Source of the DNA: Tepidiformaceae bacterium
Lineage (GTDB): Bacteria; Chloroflexota; Dehalococcoidia; Tepidiformales; Tepidiformaceae
Assembly (NCBI GenBank): GCA_965116915.1
Contig: OZ220739.1
Coordinates: forward strand, 630,864-694,863
Reading direction: 5' to 3'
Length of the DNA stretch: 64,000 bases
The number at the start of each line of letters is the position of its first letter. The first letter of the stretch is position 1. This document shows positions 1 to 9,647 of this stretch, piece by piece. The position numbers and the translations under genes are program-made. Below the pieces are notes generated by a model that did no database searches, had not been told where the DNA came from, and saw nothing but the letters and a program-made list of their open reading frames with translations.

Positions 1-205
1 TGGTGGCCTGGAGATTGAAGTGCGGCTTCCCGGGAACGCGAATCCCGGGAACTAGCCCAGGGTCCGCCCCACGAAGGCCGTTCAGTCCCTCGCCCGCCGC
101 ATCCCACCTCTTCGATCTGCAGGTCCGGCGGGGATGGAGCCGCGTAGCACTCGATGATGCGGGTGGTGATCTCGTCCAACGACTACGCCTGGTTCTCGCT
201 TACGG

Positions 206-235
206 CATCGAGCACACCCACATCGAGCACACCCA
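206..235. repeat. Perfect 15-bp tandem duplication (CATCGAGCACACCCA x2)
   Basis: Read directly: 206-220 and 221-235 are identical. It lies in a high-GC stretch (1-600) whose coding frame I could not resolve. Confidence 0.9.
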
Positions 236-498
236 CGGCCACCATCGTCTGCTGGGCCGCCGCCACGTCGTGGCTGGGGATGACGAGGTCGCGCTTCTCG
301 CCGGCGGGGTCCTTGACGTGGTCCACCAAACACTGACTGTGCTCAGAACTCGGCCCGACAGAGCCACGTCCGCGGCGTCTCCGCCCGCGTTCGGGCCGTC
401 CACGTCGTAGGGGTGCACCGCGGCCTTCTCGAGGGCCGAGGCGCCGTCGAAGGCGACATGGCCGGTCAGGCCGTCGCGTCGCACCCCGCGCCCCGCTG

Positions 499-565
499 CC
501 TTACGGAGACCTTAAGTGGCCTTCGCTAGCTTCCTCGCATGTCCATGTCTCGGAGCCGTGAGCTC
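499..565 (+). repeat. Direct repeat, copy 1 of 2, bracketing the efflux operon
   Basis: Aligns to 5386-5451 with one 1-nt gap and 9 mismatches over 67 positions (hand count). Both copies contain GCTAGC..TCCTCGCATGTCCATGTC. Copy 1 ends 48 bp upstream of the adaptor start codon. Confidence 0.85.
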
Positions 566-613
566 CGCCGCGCGGGAGGAACCGCCAGATGAGGCTACGA
601 ACGAAGACCGCAA

Positions 614-3376
614 ATGGCCGCGCTGGCCGGTGGCGCCGCCTCCCGATCCGATGAGAGACCACCAATGAGCGAAGTCGACATCGACCTCCTGATCCGCGGC
701 CGTAGCTCGCGCCGCCGGTGGCTGCTCCTCGCGGCCAGCGCCGTCCTTCTTGCTGTCGCGGTCGCCACCTGGTTCCTGCTCCGGCCTGTAGAGACGGACG
801 TCGTTGCCGAACCGCAGCGCAGCGAGGCGGTGATGGGCCAGCTCAGCACGACCGTGGATCTCTCCGGCTCGGCTGAGGCCGAACGCAGCACCACGATCAG
901 CTTCGGCGTCGCCGGCACCGTCGCTACGGTCGAGGTCGAGAGCGGCGATGCCGTGGAAACGGGCGATGTGTTGGCGACCCTGGACAACGCCGATGCGCAG
1001 CGCCGGGTCGCAACGGCCGAGACGCAGTTGCGGCTCGCGGAGTTGCGGCTTGACGCCCTGCTTGCCGATCCGGCCGCCGCGGAGATCGCGTCCGCACGAC
1101 AGTCGATCGAGTCGGCTGAGACCCAGGTGCTGAACGCCGAGCAGGCGCTCAAGCGGCTTTCCGAGCCGCCCGCCGCGAGCGAGCTGGCGAGCGCCGAGCA
1201 GGCGGTGGCGAGCGCCCTCGGGCAGCTATCGAGTGCCGAGGAGGTGCTGGTGCGGCTCTCGGAGCCGCCGAGCGTGAGCGAGCTGGCGAGCGCCGAGCAG
1301 GTGGTGGCGAGCGCCCTCGGGCAGCTATCGAGCGCCGAGGAGGCGCTGGCGCGGCTCTCGGAGCCGCCGGGCGCGAGCGAGCTGGCGAGCGCCGAGCAGG
1401 CGGTGGCGAACGCCCTCGGGCAGCTATCGAGCGCCGAGGAGGCGCGGGCGGCTCTGATCGCGGGTCCCGGCGAGACGGAGATCGCCGCCGCGCGCACGGA
1501 CGTCACGCAGGCACGGGCACAGCTAAGCGGGGCGATCGACAGGGCCGACGACTCCTGGCACGCCCTCGAAGACGCCTTCGACGAGTTCTGCGAGCAGTAC
1601 GACCACCTCAATGATGTCGCCGAGGGCCTATGCACCGCCCCACTGGCGCTTTCCGACGCACAGGTCCGGGAGCTGCGCGACTTGGCCGAGGATCGGAGCA
1701 GCAACTTCCAGCGTTACGCCAGTGCCGTGATCAACGCCAACGTCGCGTTCGTCGCAGACGACGCGACGAGGCAGTCGGCCGTCACGGCGCTCTCCTCGGC
1801 GGAGCAGCGGCTGGCCGACCTGCTCGCCCCTGCCTCAGACGAGGATCGCTACCAGGCCGAGCAGAGCGTGGAGGGGGCGCGTGCGAACCACGCCTCGGCC
1901 GTGGCGCGGCTCGAGGAGCTGCAAGCAGAGCCGAGCGCGGAGGACGTGCGCCAGGCGGAGCTTGCGGTGGAGGCGGCGCGTGCGAGCCACACGGCAGCCG
2001 TGGCTCGACTCGAGGAGCTGCAGGCAGAACCGAGCGCGGCGGACGTGCGCCAGGCGGAGCTTGCGGTGGAGGCCGCGAGGGCGAACCACGTTGCCGCCGC
2101 CGCGCGGTTCGAGGACCTGCGCGCCCCCGCCGACGAGGGCGAGTTCGAGCAGGCGCGCGCCTCCCTCGAGAGTGCGCGCGCGAGCCTCGCCAGCGCGCAG
2201 GCGCGCTACGACGAGCTGAACGCGGGCCCGACCGCGAACGCGATCGCGCAGCAGGAGGAGAACGTACGGCTCTCCGAGATCTCCCTTGAGGAGGCGCGGG
2301 CCGCCCTCGCCGACTTCACGGTGACGGCGCCGTTCCACGGGATCGTCGAGGCCGTGAACGTGCAGCCGGGCGACCGCGTGGCGGCGGGCCTCGCCGCGCT
2401 TACCCTGAGCACCTCGGACCGGATCCTGATCGCGCTCACCGTGACCGAGGCGGACCTGCTGAGCCTGGAGGTCGGCCAGGCCGGGCTTGCCACCTTCGAC
2501 GCCATCGACGATGTCGAGTACCCGGTCCGGATCGCCTCGATCAGCCGCGTGCCGAACGCCGCGCAGGGCGTCGTCACCTACGAAGTGGAAGCGCGCCTCC
2601 TCGCGGGGCCGGAGATCGCCGAGGTTGCCGCCGAGCTCGCCGCGCTCCGCGGAACCGGAGGCGACCTCGCCAGACTCCTCGCGGGGGCCGGCTTCGGAGC
2701 CGGGGCCGCCGAGGGCTCTGGTGGCGGCGGCGCTAGGGAAGGTGGCGCTGCTGGCGGCGACGCACGAGGCGCGGGTGGCCTCGGTGGCGGTGGGCTGCCG
2801 GCCGGCCTCGATCTGCCCGAGGGCGTCACGATCCAGGAGGTGTTGCAAGCGGTGGCTAACGGCGAGCCGCTGCCCGAGGGCGTGACGCTCCCCGAGGATT
2901 TCGAGATTCCCCCGCAGATCCTCGAACGCTTCCCGAACCTCACGTCGAACGCGCTCGAGCAAGGAGCCGAAACGCAGCAGGGAGCCCTCGCAGCGCGCCC
3001 GCTGCCCGCGCCGGGGATGAGCGCGAGCGTCACGGTCCTGAAGGAACTGCGGGAGCAGGCCGTGCTGGTCCCGGTCTCGGCCGTGCGCCAGCTCGATGGC
3101 GCGTGGTTCGTGACGGTCCCCGGCCCGGCAGTCGACGATGCCGGGGAGGGAATGATCGCCTTCCAGCGCGTCACCGTCGAGGTCGGCGAGTCGGACGGGA
3201 CCAACGTCGAGATCCTGAGCGGGATCGAGGCCGGCGCGGTGCTCCTGATCGGCGCCGACAACTCCGGGAGTGCTTTCAGCGCCACGCAGCAGCGACAGCA
3301 GCCCGGCGGTGGCTTCGGCGGCGGCTTCGGCGGTGGCTTCGGCGGCGGCGGTCCTGGCGGTGGAGGTCGACAGTGA
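614..3376 (+). CDS. HlyD/MacA-family periplasmic adaptor (membrane fusion protein), unusually long at 920 aa
   Basis: N-terminal TM segment (WLLLAASAVLLAVAVATWFLL). Split lipoyl-like beta segments (ISFGVAGTVATVEVESGDAVETGDVLATLD ... VTAPFHGIVEAVNVQPGDRV) are separated by a very long Ala/Glu/Gln coiled coil. Gly-rich C-terminal tail (GGGFGGGFGGGFGGGGPGGGG). The stop overlaps the GTG of the next gene (GTGA at 3373-3376). Confidence 0.8.
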   Translation: MAALAGGAASRSDERPPMSEVDIDLLIRGRSSRRRWLLLAASAVLLAVAVATWFLLRPVETDVVAEPQRSEAVMGQLSTTVDLSGSAEAERSTTISFGVAGTVATVEVESGDAVETGDVLATLDNADAQRRVATAETQLRLAELRLDALLADPAAAEIASARQSIESAETQVLNAEQALKRLSEPPAASELASAEQAVASALGQLSSAEEVLVRLSEPPSVSELASAEQVVASALGQLSSAEEALARLSEPPGASELASAEQAVANALGQLSSAEEARAALIAGPGETEIAAARTDVTQARAQLSGAIDRADDSWHALEDAFDEFCEQYDHLNDVAEGLCTAPLALSDAQVRELRDLAEDRSSNFQRYASAVINANVAFVADDATRQSAVTALSSAEQRLADLLAPASDEDRYQAEQSVEGARANHASAVARLEELQAEPSAEDVRQAELAVEAARASHTAAVARLEELQAEPSAADVRQAELAVEAARANHVAAAARFEDLRAPADEGEFEQARASLESARASLASAQARYDELNAGPTANAIAQQEENVRLSEISLEEARAALADFTVTAPFHGIVEAVNVQPGDRVAAGLAALTLSTSDRILIALTVTEADLLSLEVGQAGLATFDAIDDVEYPVRIASISRVPNAAQGVVTYEVEARLLAGPEIAEVAAELAALRGTGGDLARLLAGAGFGAGAAEGSGGGGAREGGAAGGDARGAGGLGGGGLPAGLDLPEGVTIQEVLQAVANGEPLPEGVTLPEDFEIPPQILERFPNLTSNALEQGAETQQGALAARPLPAPGMSASVTVLKELREQAVLVPVSAVRQLDGAWFVTVPGPAVDDAGEGMIAFQRVTVEVGESDGTNVEILSGIEAGAVLLIGADNSGSAFSATQQRQQPGGGFGGGFGGGFGGGGPGGGGRQ
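1157..1453 (+). repeat. In-frame tandem repeat, 3 x 99 bp (33-aa unit LSEPPxxSELASAEQxVAxALGQLSSAEExxxx)
   Basis: Three near-identical consecutive 99-bp units read directly from the sequence. They lie inside the coiled-coil part of the adaptor ORF and keep the frame. Confidence 0.9.
1841..2137 (+). repeat. Second in-frame tandem repeat, 3 x 99 bp (33-aa unit EDVRQAELAVEAARAxHxAAVARLEELQAEPSA)
   Basis: The two central units are nearly identical and the flanking units are more diverged. Same 33-aa periodicity as the first array, inside the same coiled coil. Confidence 0.85.
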
Positions 3377-4080
3377 TCCGTCTGCAAGACGTAACCCGCG
3401 TCTACTCCACCGGCGAGACGGAGGTTCACGCCCTCGCGGGCGTGAACCTCGATATCGGCGGCGGGGAGTTTGTCGCGATCATGGGCCAGTCCGGCTCTGG
3501 CAAGAGCACGCTGATGAACATCATCGGCCTGCTCGACCGCCCGAGCAGCGGCGGCTACGCCTTCGGGGGGCGAGACGTCTCGCAGCTCCCCGAGGATGCA
3601 CGCGCGCGCCTGCGAGGCAGCGCCTTCGGCTTCGTCTTCCAGTCCTACAACCTGCTGCCGCGCATGACCGCCCTCGAGCAGGTCGAGCTGCCGCTGATCT
3701 ACCAAGGCGCCGCCGACCGCAAGCGCCGTGCCGCCGAGTCGCTCGTGCGGGTCGGCCTGCAGGACCGCATCGCGCACCTCCCGACCGAGCTCTCGGGCGG
3801 CGAGCAGCAGCGCGTTGCGATCGCCCGGTCGCTCGTCGTGAACCCGCTCGTGTTGCTCGCCGACGAGCCGACCGGCGCCCTCGATACGGCGACGGAGCAC
3901 GAGCTGATGACGCTGCTAAGCGAGTTGGTGGACCAGCAGGGCCTGACGGTGGTGCTGGTCACGCATGAGGCGGAGGTGGCTGCCTACGCACACCGCACGG
4001 TGCGCATGCGCGACGGGCGGATCGTCGAGGACAGCGGCGCTCCGCTGGTGGCCGCCGCGCCGGACGGGCCCGCGCGGTGA
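3373..4080 (+). CDS. ABC transporter ATP-binding protein, MacB/LolD type
   Basis: Walker [10 protein letters not shown], signature [13 protein letters not shown], Walker [12 protein letters not shown]. The GTG start overlaps the adaptor stop. Its own stop overlaps the next GTG (GTGA at 4077-4080). Confidence 0.92.
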   Translation: MIRLQDVTRVYSTGETEVHALAGVNLDIGGGEFVAIMGQSGSGKSTLMNIIGLLDRPSSGGYAFGGRDVSQLPEDARARLRGSAFGFVFQSYNLLPRMTALEQVELPLIYQGAADRKRRAAESLVRVGLQDRIAHLPTELSGGEQQRVAIARSLVVNPLVLLADEPTGALDTATEHELMTLLSELVDQQGLTVVLVTHEAEVAAYAHRTVRMRDGRIVEDSGAPLVAAAPDGPAR

Positions 4081-5333
4081 GCCCGCTCGACGCCTTTCGC
4101 ATCGCCCTGCGCGCGATCTTCGCGAACCGCCTGCGCAGCGCGCTGACCTCGCTCGGCCTGATCATCGGCGTCAGCTCGGTGATCGTGCTGATTGCCGTCG
4201 GCCAGGGCACGCAGCGAGGCGTCACGGACCAGATCCGCGGGCTCGGCACCGACCTGATCTTCATCGAGTCGAGCGCGGAGGCGACCACCTCGCAGACCGG
4301 AGCGCTCGCCGGCCTCGAGCAGTCCACGCTCGTGCAGGGCGACGCGGCGGCGATCGCCGCAGACGGCATCCCCGGCGTCGTCGCCGTCGCCGCGCGCGTG
4401 GCGGTGGACGCGCAGGCGGTCGCGGGTGCGAACAACGTCGGCGCGCAGATCGTCAGCACCTCGAGCGAATACGCCGAGGTGCGCGACCTGGCAATCCGCT
4501 CGGGCTCCTTCATCACGCCGCTGCACGACGAGGACAGCGCCCTCGTGGCCGTCCTCGGTGCGCGCGTCGCCGATACGCTCTACGAGGGCCTTGACCCGAT
4601 TGGGCAAGAGGTGCGGCTCTCCTTCGTCGGCGGCCGCATCACGCTCGGCTTCGTCGTGATCGGCGTGCTTGAGGAGCAGGGAGGCGCGAGCGAGGCGAAC
4701 GACCAGGTCTTCGTCCCGCTGAGCGGCACGGCGGGCCGCCTGCGCTTCCTCTACACGCCTGCCGGCGACCTGCGCGTCACACAGATCGACGTACAGACGG
4801 CGAGCGGCGCCGACGAGCAGCGCGTCAAGGAGGATGTGACCGAGCTGCTGCTCTTTCTCCACGAGACGCCTGAACCCGACTTCGTGATCCAGAGCCAGGA
4901 CGACCTGATCAACGCCGCCACCGAGGTCAGCAACACGCTCTCGATCCTGCTCGGCAGCATCGCCGGCATCTCGCTGCTCGTCGGCGGGATCGGGGTGATG
5001 AACATCATGCTCGTCTCCGTCACCGAGCGGACGCGCGAGATCGGCATCCGCCGCGCCGTGGGCGCGACGGCGGGCGACATCGTGAAGCAGTTCGTCACCG
5101 AGGCGCTGACGCTTAGCCTCTTCGGCGGCACCGTCGGCATCGCGATCGGCGTCGGCGCCTCGTTCGCCCTCGACGGGCGAGAGTTGGGTGGTCAGGAGAT
5201 GACGACGCTGATCCAGCCGTGGAGCATCGCGATGGCGTTCCTCGTGGCGGCGGGCGTTGGCTTCGCGAGCGGCAGTTACCCCGCCTACCGCGCCACGACC
5301 GTCGACCCGATAGCTGCGCTCCGCAACGAGTAG
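4077..5333 (+). CDS. ABC transporter permease, MacB/FtsX type
   Basis: N-terminal TM (LTSLGLIIGVSSVIVLIAVG), a large extracytoplasmic domain, and a C-terminal FtsX-type TM bundle with GGIGVMNIMLVSVTERTREIGIRRAVGA. Confidence 0.9.
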   Translation: MSPLDAFRIALRAIFANRLRSALTSLGLIIGVSSVIVLIAVGQGTQRGVTDQIRGLGTDLIFIESSAEATTSQTGALAGLEQSTLVQGDAAAIAADGIPGVVAVAARVAVDAQAVAGANNVGAQIVSTSSEYAEVRDLAIRSGSFITPLHDEDSALVAVLGARVADTLYEGLDPIGQEVRLSFVGGRITLGFVVIGVLEEQGGASEANDQVFVPLSGTAGRLRFLYTPAGDLRVTQIDVQTASGADEQRVKEDVTELLLFLHETPEPDFVIQSQDDLINAATEVSNTLSILLGSIAGISLLVGGIGVMNIMLVSVTERTREIGIRRAVGATAGDIVKQFVTEALTLSLFGGTVGIAIGVGASFALDGRELGGQEMTTLIQPWSIAMAFLVAAGVGFASGSYPAYRATTVDPIAALRNE

Positions 5334-5385
5334 CGCGAGGCGCTGGGCAACTCCGGCGCAACATCCCCGGAAGGTCAACAGAGGG

Positions 5386-5451
5386 CCTACGGAGACCATG
5401 CGCGGCCCTCGCTAGCCTCCTCGCATGTCCATGTCCTGGAGCCGCGAGCTC
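5386..5451 (+). repeat. Direct repeat, copy 2 of 2, bracketing the efflux operon
   Basis: See 499-565. Copy 2 begins 53 bp after the permease stop codon. Confidence 0.85.
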
Positions 5452-5722
5452 GTCGCGGCCGACCACGAGGAGCTGGACGAGAGCGACCGCGAGACACTGA
5501 AGAGCGCACGCGGCGCCGCTCGCTGGCATGCGGCTGCCCGAGGGCCACAGCCCGCACGCCGAAGTCGAGGACGGTGGGCGCGTCGTCATCGAGCCCACGG
5601 CTAGAGGCTGAACAACACCTCGAAGGTGGTACTGTCTACCGTCAAGTTAGGCCCGCGTGGCCGCGGTCCCGACCGCGAAGCCCCACCAAGGCCCTCGGTG
5701 GCGAGGAGCGCCGCGAGCTTAT

Positions 5723-5839
5723 CGACTTGCTCCTCGAGGACGCGACCATCGACGGCGAGGGCCGCCTGCCGCTCACGCTCGCCATCCCGGCCGACGGAGA
5801 GTTAGTGCCGATTGCGGAACTGGAGCCGACTACTCGGTC
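5723..5839 (+). repeat. Hybrid att-like junction: module B (5723-5827) plus 12-bp core GACTACTCGGTC (5828-5839), followed by the helicase 3' part
   Basis: Module B aligns to 24304-24405. The core recurs at 13955-13966 (reverse complement), 52694-52705 (reverse complement), 61130-61141 (reverse complement, 1 mismatch) and 24406-24417 (3 mismatches). Confidence 0.75.
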
Positions 5840-6397
5840 TATACGATGCGGCAGGCGTCACGGCGCTCCTGGCGGATAGGCCAGACAGAGCCCGTCCAGG
5901 TCGTCTTCATGGCCTACCGGAACACCCTCCAAGCCGACGCACTGAAGCTCGTGGCGCAGAAGCTCCAGTCCTCGCTCGCCGTCGAAGGCGAGTTGCCAGA
6001 GGGCGGCCTCGCTGCCTACGGCGATGACGGCGACGACCTCATGCTCGCGCTCGCGAGGAAGATCGTCGCGGGCGAGGAGGACGCCGGCTCGGTCGAGTCG
6101 GTCTTCGCCCAGGCCCAGCAGGTCGCGGCGGAGGCCGAGACGCTGCTGGTGGACGAGGAGTGGGCTGCGCCGCAGCCGGTACTCGTCGAGACTGCGGTGG
6201 CCATCGAGAGTGCCGCGGACACCGTGGACTTGGAGCCGCAGCGGTCGCTGTTCTCGTGGGCGGAGTTCCTGACGGACACGCCCGAAGAGCCGCTGCCGTC
6301 TCCGGGTCGCCGACGGCACGAAGCTCCGACGCTCTCGTTGTTCGAGTGGGCGCTCGAACAGGAGCGGGAGGCGGAGCTGGCTAGCGCCGCTGGATAG
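5828..6397 (+). pseudogene. 3' fragment of an SNF2-like helicase (motif VI to stop), detached from any 5' part
   Basis: Translation DYSVYTMRQASRRSWRIGQTEPVQVVFMAYRNTLQADALKLVAQKLQSSLAVEGELPE... is near-identical to the C-terminus of the intact helicase (60581-62830, minus) and to 52145-52705. There are no helicase codons upstream of 5828. Confidence 0.85.
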
Positions 6398-6896
6398 GAT
6401 CAGGAGGGAGGGCGTCGCGTCTGCGGCAGCCCTCCTTTCCGGTCCCACTGTATGCGCCCTCTCGTGCGTTAAGGGGTAGCCGTACCCGATGGCCTGTCGA
6501 CAGCAGCCCGAGCCGCCGAGGCCGCCTGATCTGTGGGCCCAGCTCGGCGAGTGCGCGAACCACGTTGGGATCATCGGGGCGGACTGGTCCGTATTGAAAG
6601 CACGCGGCGGTGCGGGGAACCCGACACCAATTTGAAGGTGGCCCAGTTGGATGTCCCGTCGTCGAGGCGCGATTGGTAGCGGATACTGCGTGAGAGGGTC
6701 GGCCCCCTCGGTGGCGCACTCGTGGACGAGCCGGGAACCCCATGGAGAAGCCACGGAGAGCGGTGAGGCGATTCGCGGCCCCATCGATGCGTGGGAGGCA
6801 GTGATGGGCGTCAAGCTGCTGACGGACGGAGTGCGCGACGAACTGCGTGTCGCTCATCAGGAACAGGTGAAAACCTGGCCTAGGTCTCCCAACTAC

Positions 6897-7658
6897 CTAC
6901 CAAGCGAGCTCCGCGACGACAGGGCCCACCACGCCCGCCACAATCGTCACCGCGATCATGATCGCGTTCGGCCCGAGCACGTCGGGTGGTGCCTGAACAC
7001 CCGCCTGCGTGCGAACGGAGCGGAGGTCGAACTTCCGGGGATGCCAGGCTGCGTTGGCCTCAACCCGTCGCCTCAGCCAGTATCCACCCGCCGTAGCTCC
7101 GAGGTATGCGATCACGACGGCAGCAGCGAGCCAGGGGTAGTCCCCTGCCAGACTAGCGGCCCCAACCCACGCGGCGTACGCACAAACCAGTGCGGCAATG
7201 AACCACCAATCACTGCCGATAATGCCGGTCCATCTCTTGTGTTTCTGCGCCCATGTCATCTGGGAAGCCCGCTGGAAGATGTTCCTGATCCCGATGAGGC
7301 TGTCGTCGTAGTGTTCGGCCCGCCCATCGGAACCGGACACTTGGGCCACCCAGGAACCCTTATCCTCGCTGGTGCTCAGGTTGGCCGAGAACAGCACCCG
7401 CTCGATCGAGTCTGACTCCCAAGCATTCAACTCCAGTGACTCAGGATCCGTGACCCTGTTCCTCTGCATTGCCAGCTCCTGAATCGACTCAGCTTCCAAC
7501 TTCGCAGAGCTGAGCTCGCGCCGACCTCTCAAGGTCCATTCGACATCGATGCCAGACCCCTCGGGGGCGAGCAATTGCTCAAGCTCCTCCAAATCGTCAA
7601 GGAACAGCGTTCCGGTGGGGTGCAGCCACTCCTCGGCAGAGCGATTCAGTCTCGACAA
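6897..7658 (-). CDS. Hypothetical membrane protein (soluble N-terminal half, 3-4 C-terminal TM segments)
   Basis: 253-aa ORF with a TTG start. Hydrophobic segments WWFIAALVCAYAAWVGAASLAG, WLAAAVVIAYLGATAGGYW and AIMIAVTIVAGVVGPVV. Lower GC than the flanks. No family recognised. Confidence 0.5.
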   Translation of the reverse strand: MSRLNRSAEEWLHPTGTLFLDDLEELEQLLAPEGSGIDVEWTLRGRRELSSAKLEAESIQELAMQRNRVTDPESLELNAWESDSIERVLFSANLSTSEDKGSWVAQVSGSDGRAEHYDDSLIGIRNIFQRASQMTWAQKHKRWTGIIGSDWWFIAALVCAYAAWVGAASLAGDYPWLAAAVVIAYLGATAGGYWLRRRVEANAAWHPRKFDLRSVRTQAGVQAPPDVLGPNAIMIAVTIVAGVVGPVVAELAW

Positions 7659-8111
7659 CGGCTGACCTCAATCGATGGGGCGAGACTCCGCTGATATTCC
7701 TATCCGGGTCTCTTGTTCGCGCCAGAGCGGGATGGTAGCAGGGGCGGACACTGCAAGCCCCTCTTCGCTAGAGACATCCTCATCGGGCCGTAGACCTCAG
7801 ACGCTGATGACCATTCCGACCGTCTAGTACCGGATGTGAACAGGCCCTAGCGGCCCGCGCACCAGGGCGTCAAGGCCCACGGGCGCCGATTCCGGTGTCG
7901 CGTGGTTCGGCCTCTAGCGGGCTCAAGAGTGCCGGCAAGTCTCGTAACGCGGCGCATACGCTCGAGACTTGTGAAACGATGGGGGCCGGCCCTAAGTCAA
8001 CGACTCAGACCAATTGCCACCCCGAAGGAGGCGGGCTAGACTCCGCGCCCACTTGTCCCGGCGCGATGTACGCTGTAAGTAGGAGATTGCGCGCAATCCG
8101 GAGGAGGGTTG

Positions 8112-8756
8112 ATGGCAATCACGGTCGTCGACGTACTGAAGGCCAACATGGCCTTCCCAGGCCTTCGCCTTCTCCCGGGGGATGGTGACTTCCAAGCCTT
8201 TAGGGAAGCCATGGAGACCGAGGTCTTTCTGCGTCGAGATGAAGAGCAGGGGCTCAACGTACTCCTGATGAGTCGCGAACGGACAACGCTCCTGCTGACT
8301 GACGATGGCTCCTCAATCGAGCGGCAGCACCTTGTGCGCGATGACTTGGCTTTCCTCGCACATGCCATCTCCACCTGCATCGCGAAGAGTACGCTGGGCG
8401 ACAACCTTCCCGAGGCGTTCGGCTACAACCTTGAGTTCGTGGCCGAGCAGGACTCTGACTCAGCCGCCGGCGAGTACTTAGTCGGCAAGCTCATCAATGG
8501 GGCGATATCAGAAGGGGCACCATGGGAGCTTGGGAGCGGCGGCTTCGTACTCCGGTTTCACGAAGGAGATAGAGTCTGGAACTTCACCATCGAGCCTCGC
8601 TTCAATGAGGTAGCCACATCGCGGATTTTCGTCCACGTGAACCTACATCAAGGTGAACAGCGGCTTCCTGAAAGTGAAGAGATTATCGAGGGCCTGACCC
8701 TCGCGTGGGATCGAACCCACTTGCTCCTCGACACCATTGACCAAGGAGGTCGCTAG
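8112..8756 (+). CDS. Hypothetical protein, first gene of a 4-gene operon
   Basis: ATG at 8112 preceded by GGAGGAGG (8100-8107). The stop TAG shares a base with the next GTG (TAGTG at 8754-8758). No family recognised. Confidence 0.6.
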   Translation: MAITVVDVLKANMAFPGLRLLPGDGDFQAFREAMETEVFLRRDEEQGLNVLLMSRERTTLLLTDDGSSIERQHLVRDDLAFLAHAISTCIAKSTLGDNLPEAFGYNLEFVAEQDSDSAAGEYLVGKLINGAISEGAPWELGSGGFVLRFHEGDRVWNFTIEPRFNEVATSRIFVHVNLHQGEQRLPESEEIIEGLTLAWDRTHLLLDTIDQGGR

Positions 8757-9628
8757 TGGCTCTGCCAAAGTTGAGTAGCAACGACCCAAAGATCAAGCGG
8801 GAGGGGGAGACATACCTCACGCCCGTTCGAGGTGCCAACTACAATTGGGAGCATGCGACACCGGAGACGGTCGGCGTGGTGGACCAGCCTGGCAGTGCAG
8901 CATGGCTGAGTGGCGATGCCTCGTTGCTAAGTGATTCCCAGTCCATCTATGGCTTCGGGCGCACAGAGTCTGATCCTCGAGAGTCTCAGATAATGGCAGA
9001 AGAAGTACATCGGTACTTCAACGCCTTGAGCATGGGCCGCCCTTCTCGAGCACACGACCTCTGGTTGTACTGGGCGGATACTGCACCGATGTTTCTCGGC
9101 GAAGAATCACTCCGGGACGCCGTAACAACGGCCACGCTCAGCAACCTGTGGAGCGCAGTCGCCAGAAACCAGGATGTACTTCTGGAGGCCTTCACTGGCT
9201 ACGGTCGCTTCGAGCATGACTTGGAAACTGCTCACGCCCTGTTCGTCGAAGGGGATGTCCCTGGGCACGAAACAGACGACTCGCGGGAAGAGCTCGTGAA
9301 GCAGTGGCTCCACGAGCTTGACGAGAATGCGCAGGAAAAGGGGATCGCGATCGGCCCTGAAGTACGTGGTGAAGTAGAACGACTTCTTTACGACCTGACG
9401 GAACTCCCAGACGACGCGTCCGTAATCGCCGACGAGGGCGGAGCTGCCGAGATTGAAGTCTTCAGGGTCCCGGACGGTGCGTTTGTTCTGCGATGCGAAC
9501 CGGGGCGGCGAGCACTCTGCGTGGTGTCCGTCGATCGATTCCGTCGGAGGGCCAGGTACCAGAATTCGCGGATGCTGCCCGACGGATTCGTGAACGAAGG
9601 ACTGGCCTCTGTGCTTCAGTACAGCTAA
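8756..9628 (+). CDS. Hypothetical protein (290 aa)
   Basis: GTG start overlapping the upstream stop, with AAGGAGG at 8743-8749. No family recognised. Confidence 0.6.
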   Translation: MALPKLSSNDPKIKREGETYLTPVRGANYNWEHATPETVGVVDQPGSAAWLSGDASLLSDSQSIYGFGRTESDPRESQIMAEEVHRYFNALSMGRPSRAHDLWLYWADTAPMFLGEESLRDAVTTATLSNLWSAVARNQDVLLEAFTGYGRFEHDLETAHALFVEGDVPGHETDDSREELVKQWLHELDENAQEKGIAIGPEVRGEVERLLYDLTELPDDASVIADEGGAAEIEVFRVPDGAFVLRCEPGRRALCVVSVDRFRRRARYQNSRMLPDGFVNEGLASVLQYS

Positions 9629-9647
9629 GGCCGCATCTCTAGTCTGA

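Noticed and set aside
1-600. Overlapping ORFs on both strands (3-410 +, 200-484 -, and others) that might be the 3' end of a gene.
   Set aside because: No frame gives a recognisable motif. The best minus-strand reading needs at least one frameshift. I could not support any call, so only the 15-bp duplication is reported.
1157-2137. Regularly spaced near-identical repeats, considered as a CRISPR-like or minisatellite array.
   Set aside because: The units are contiguous with no spacers, exactly 99 bp, and in frame inside a coding coiled coil. They are protein repeats, not a CRISPR array.
595-5399. Long minus-strand ORFs across the efflux operon (595-1704, 1835-2962, 2578-3900, 3984-5399).
   Set aside because: They are antisense to ORFs with unambiguous ABC/HlyD motifs. 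Their translations are low-complexity Ala/Arg/Ser/Pro-rich strings typical of shadow ORFs in high-GC DNA.
5400-5722. ORFs MSMSWSRELVAADHEELDE... and 5574-5879, as a possible gene between the permease and the helicase fragment.
   Set aside because: A plausible protein needs several frame changes. Only the last ~35 codons (module B) are conserved elsewhere. Treated as decayed or element-end sequence.
6381-6857. Minus-strand ORFs (6381-6857, 5858-6814) downstream of the helicase fragment.
   Set aside because: No motifs, and the composition is typical of non-coding high-GC DNA. The first ~80 bp are shared non-coding sequence also found after the 52145 helicase copy.
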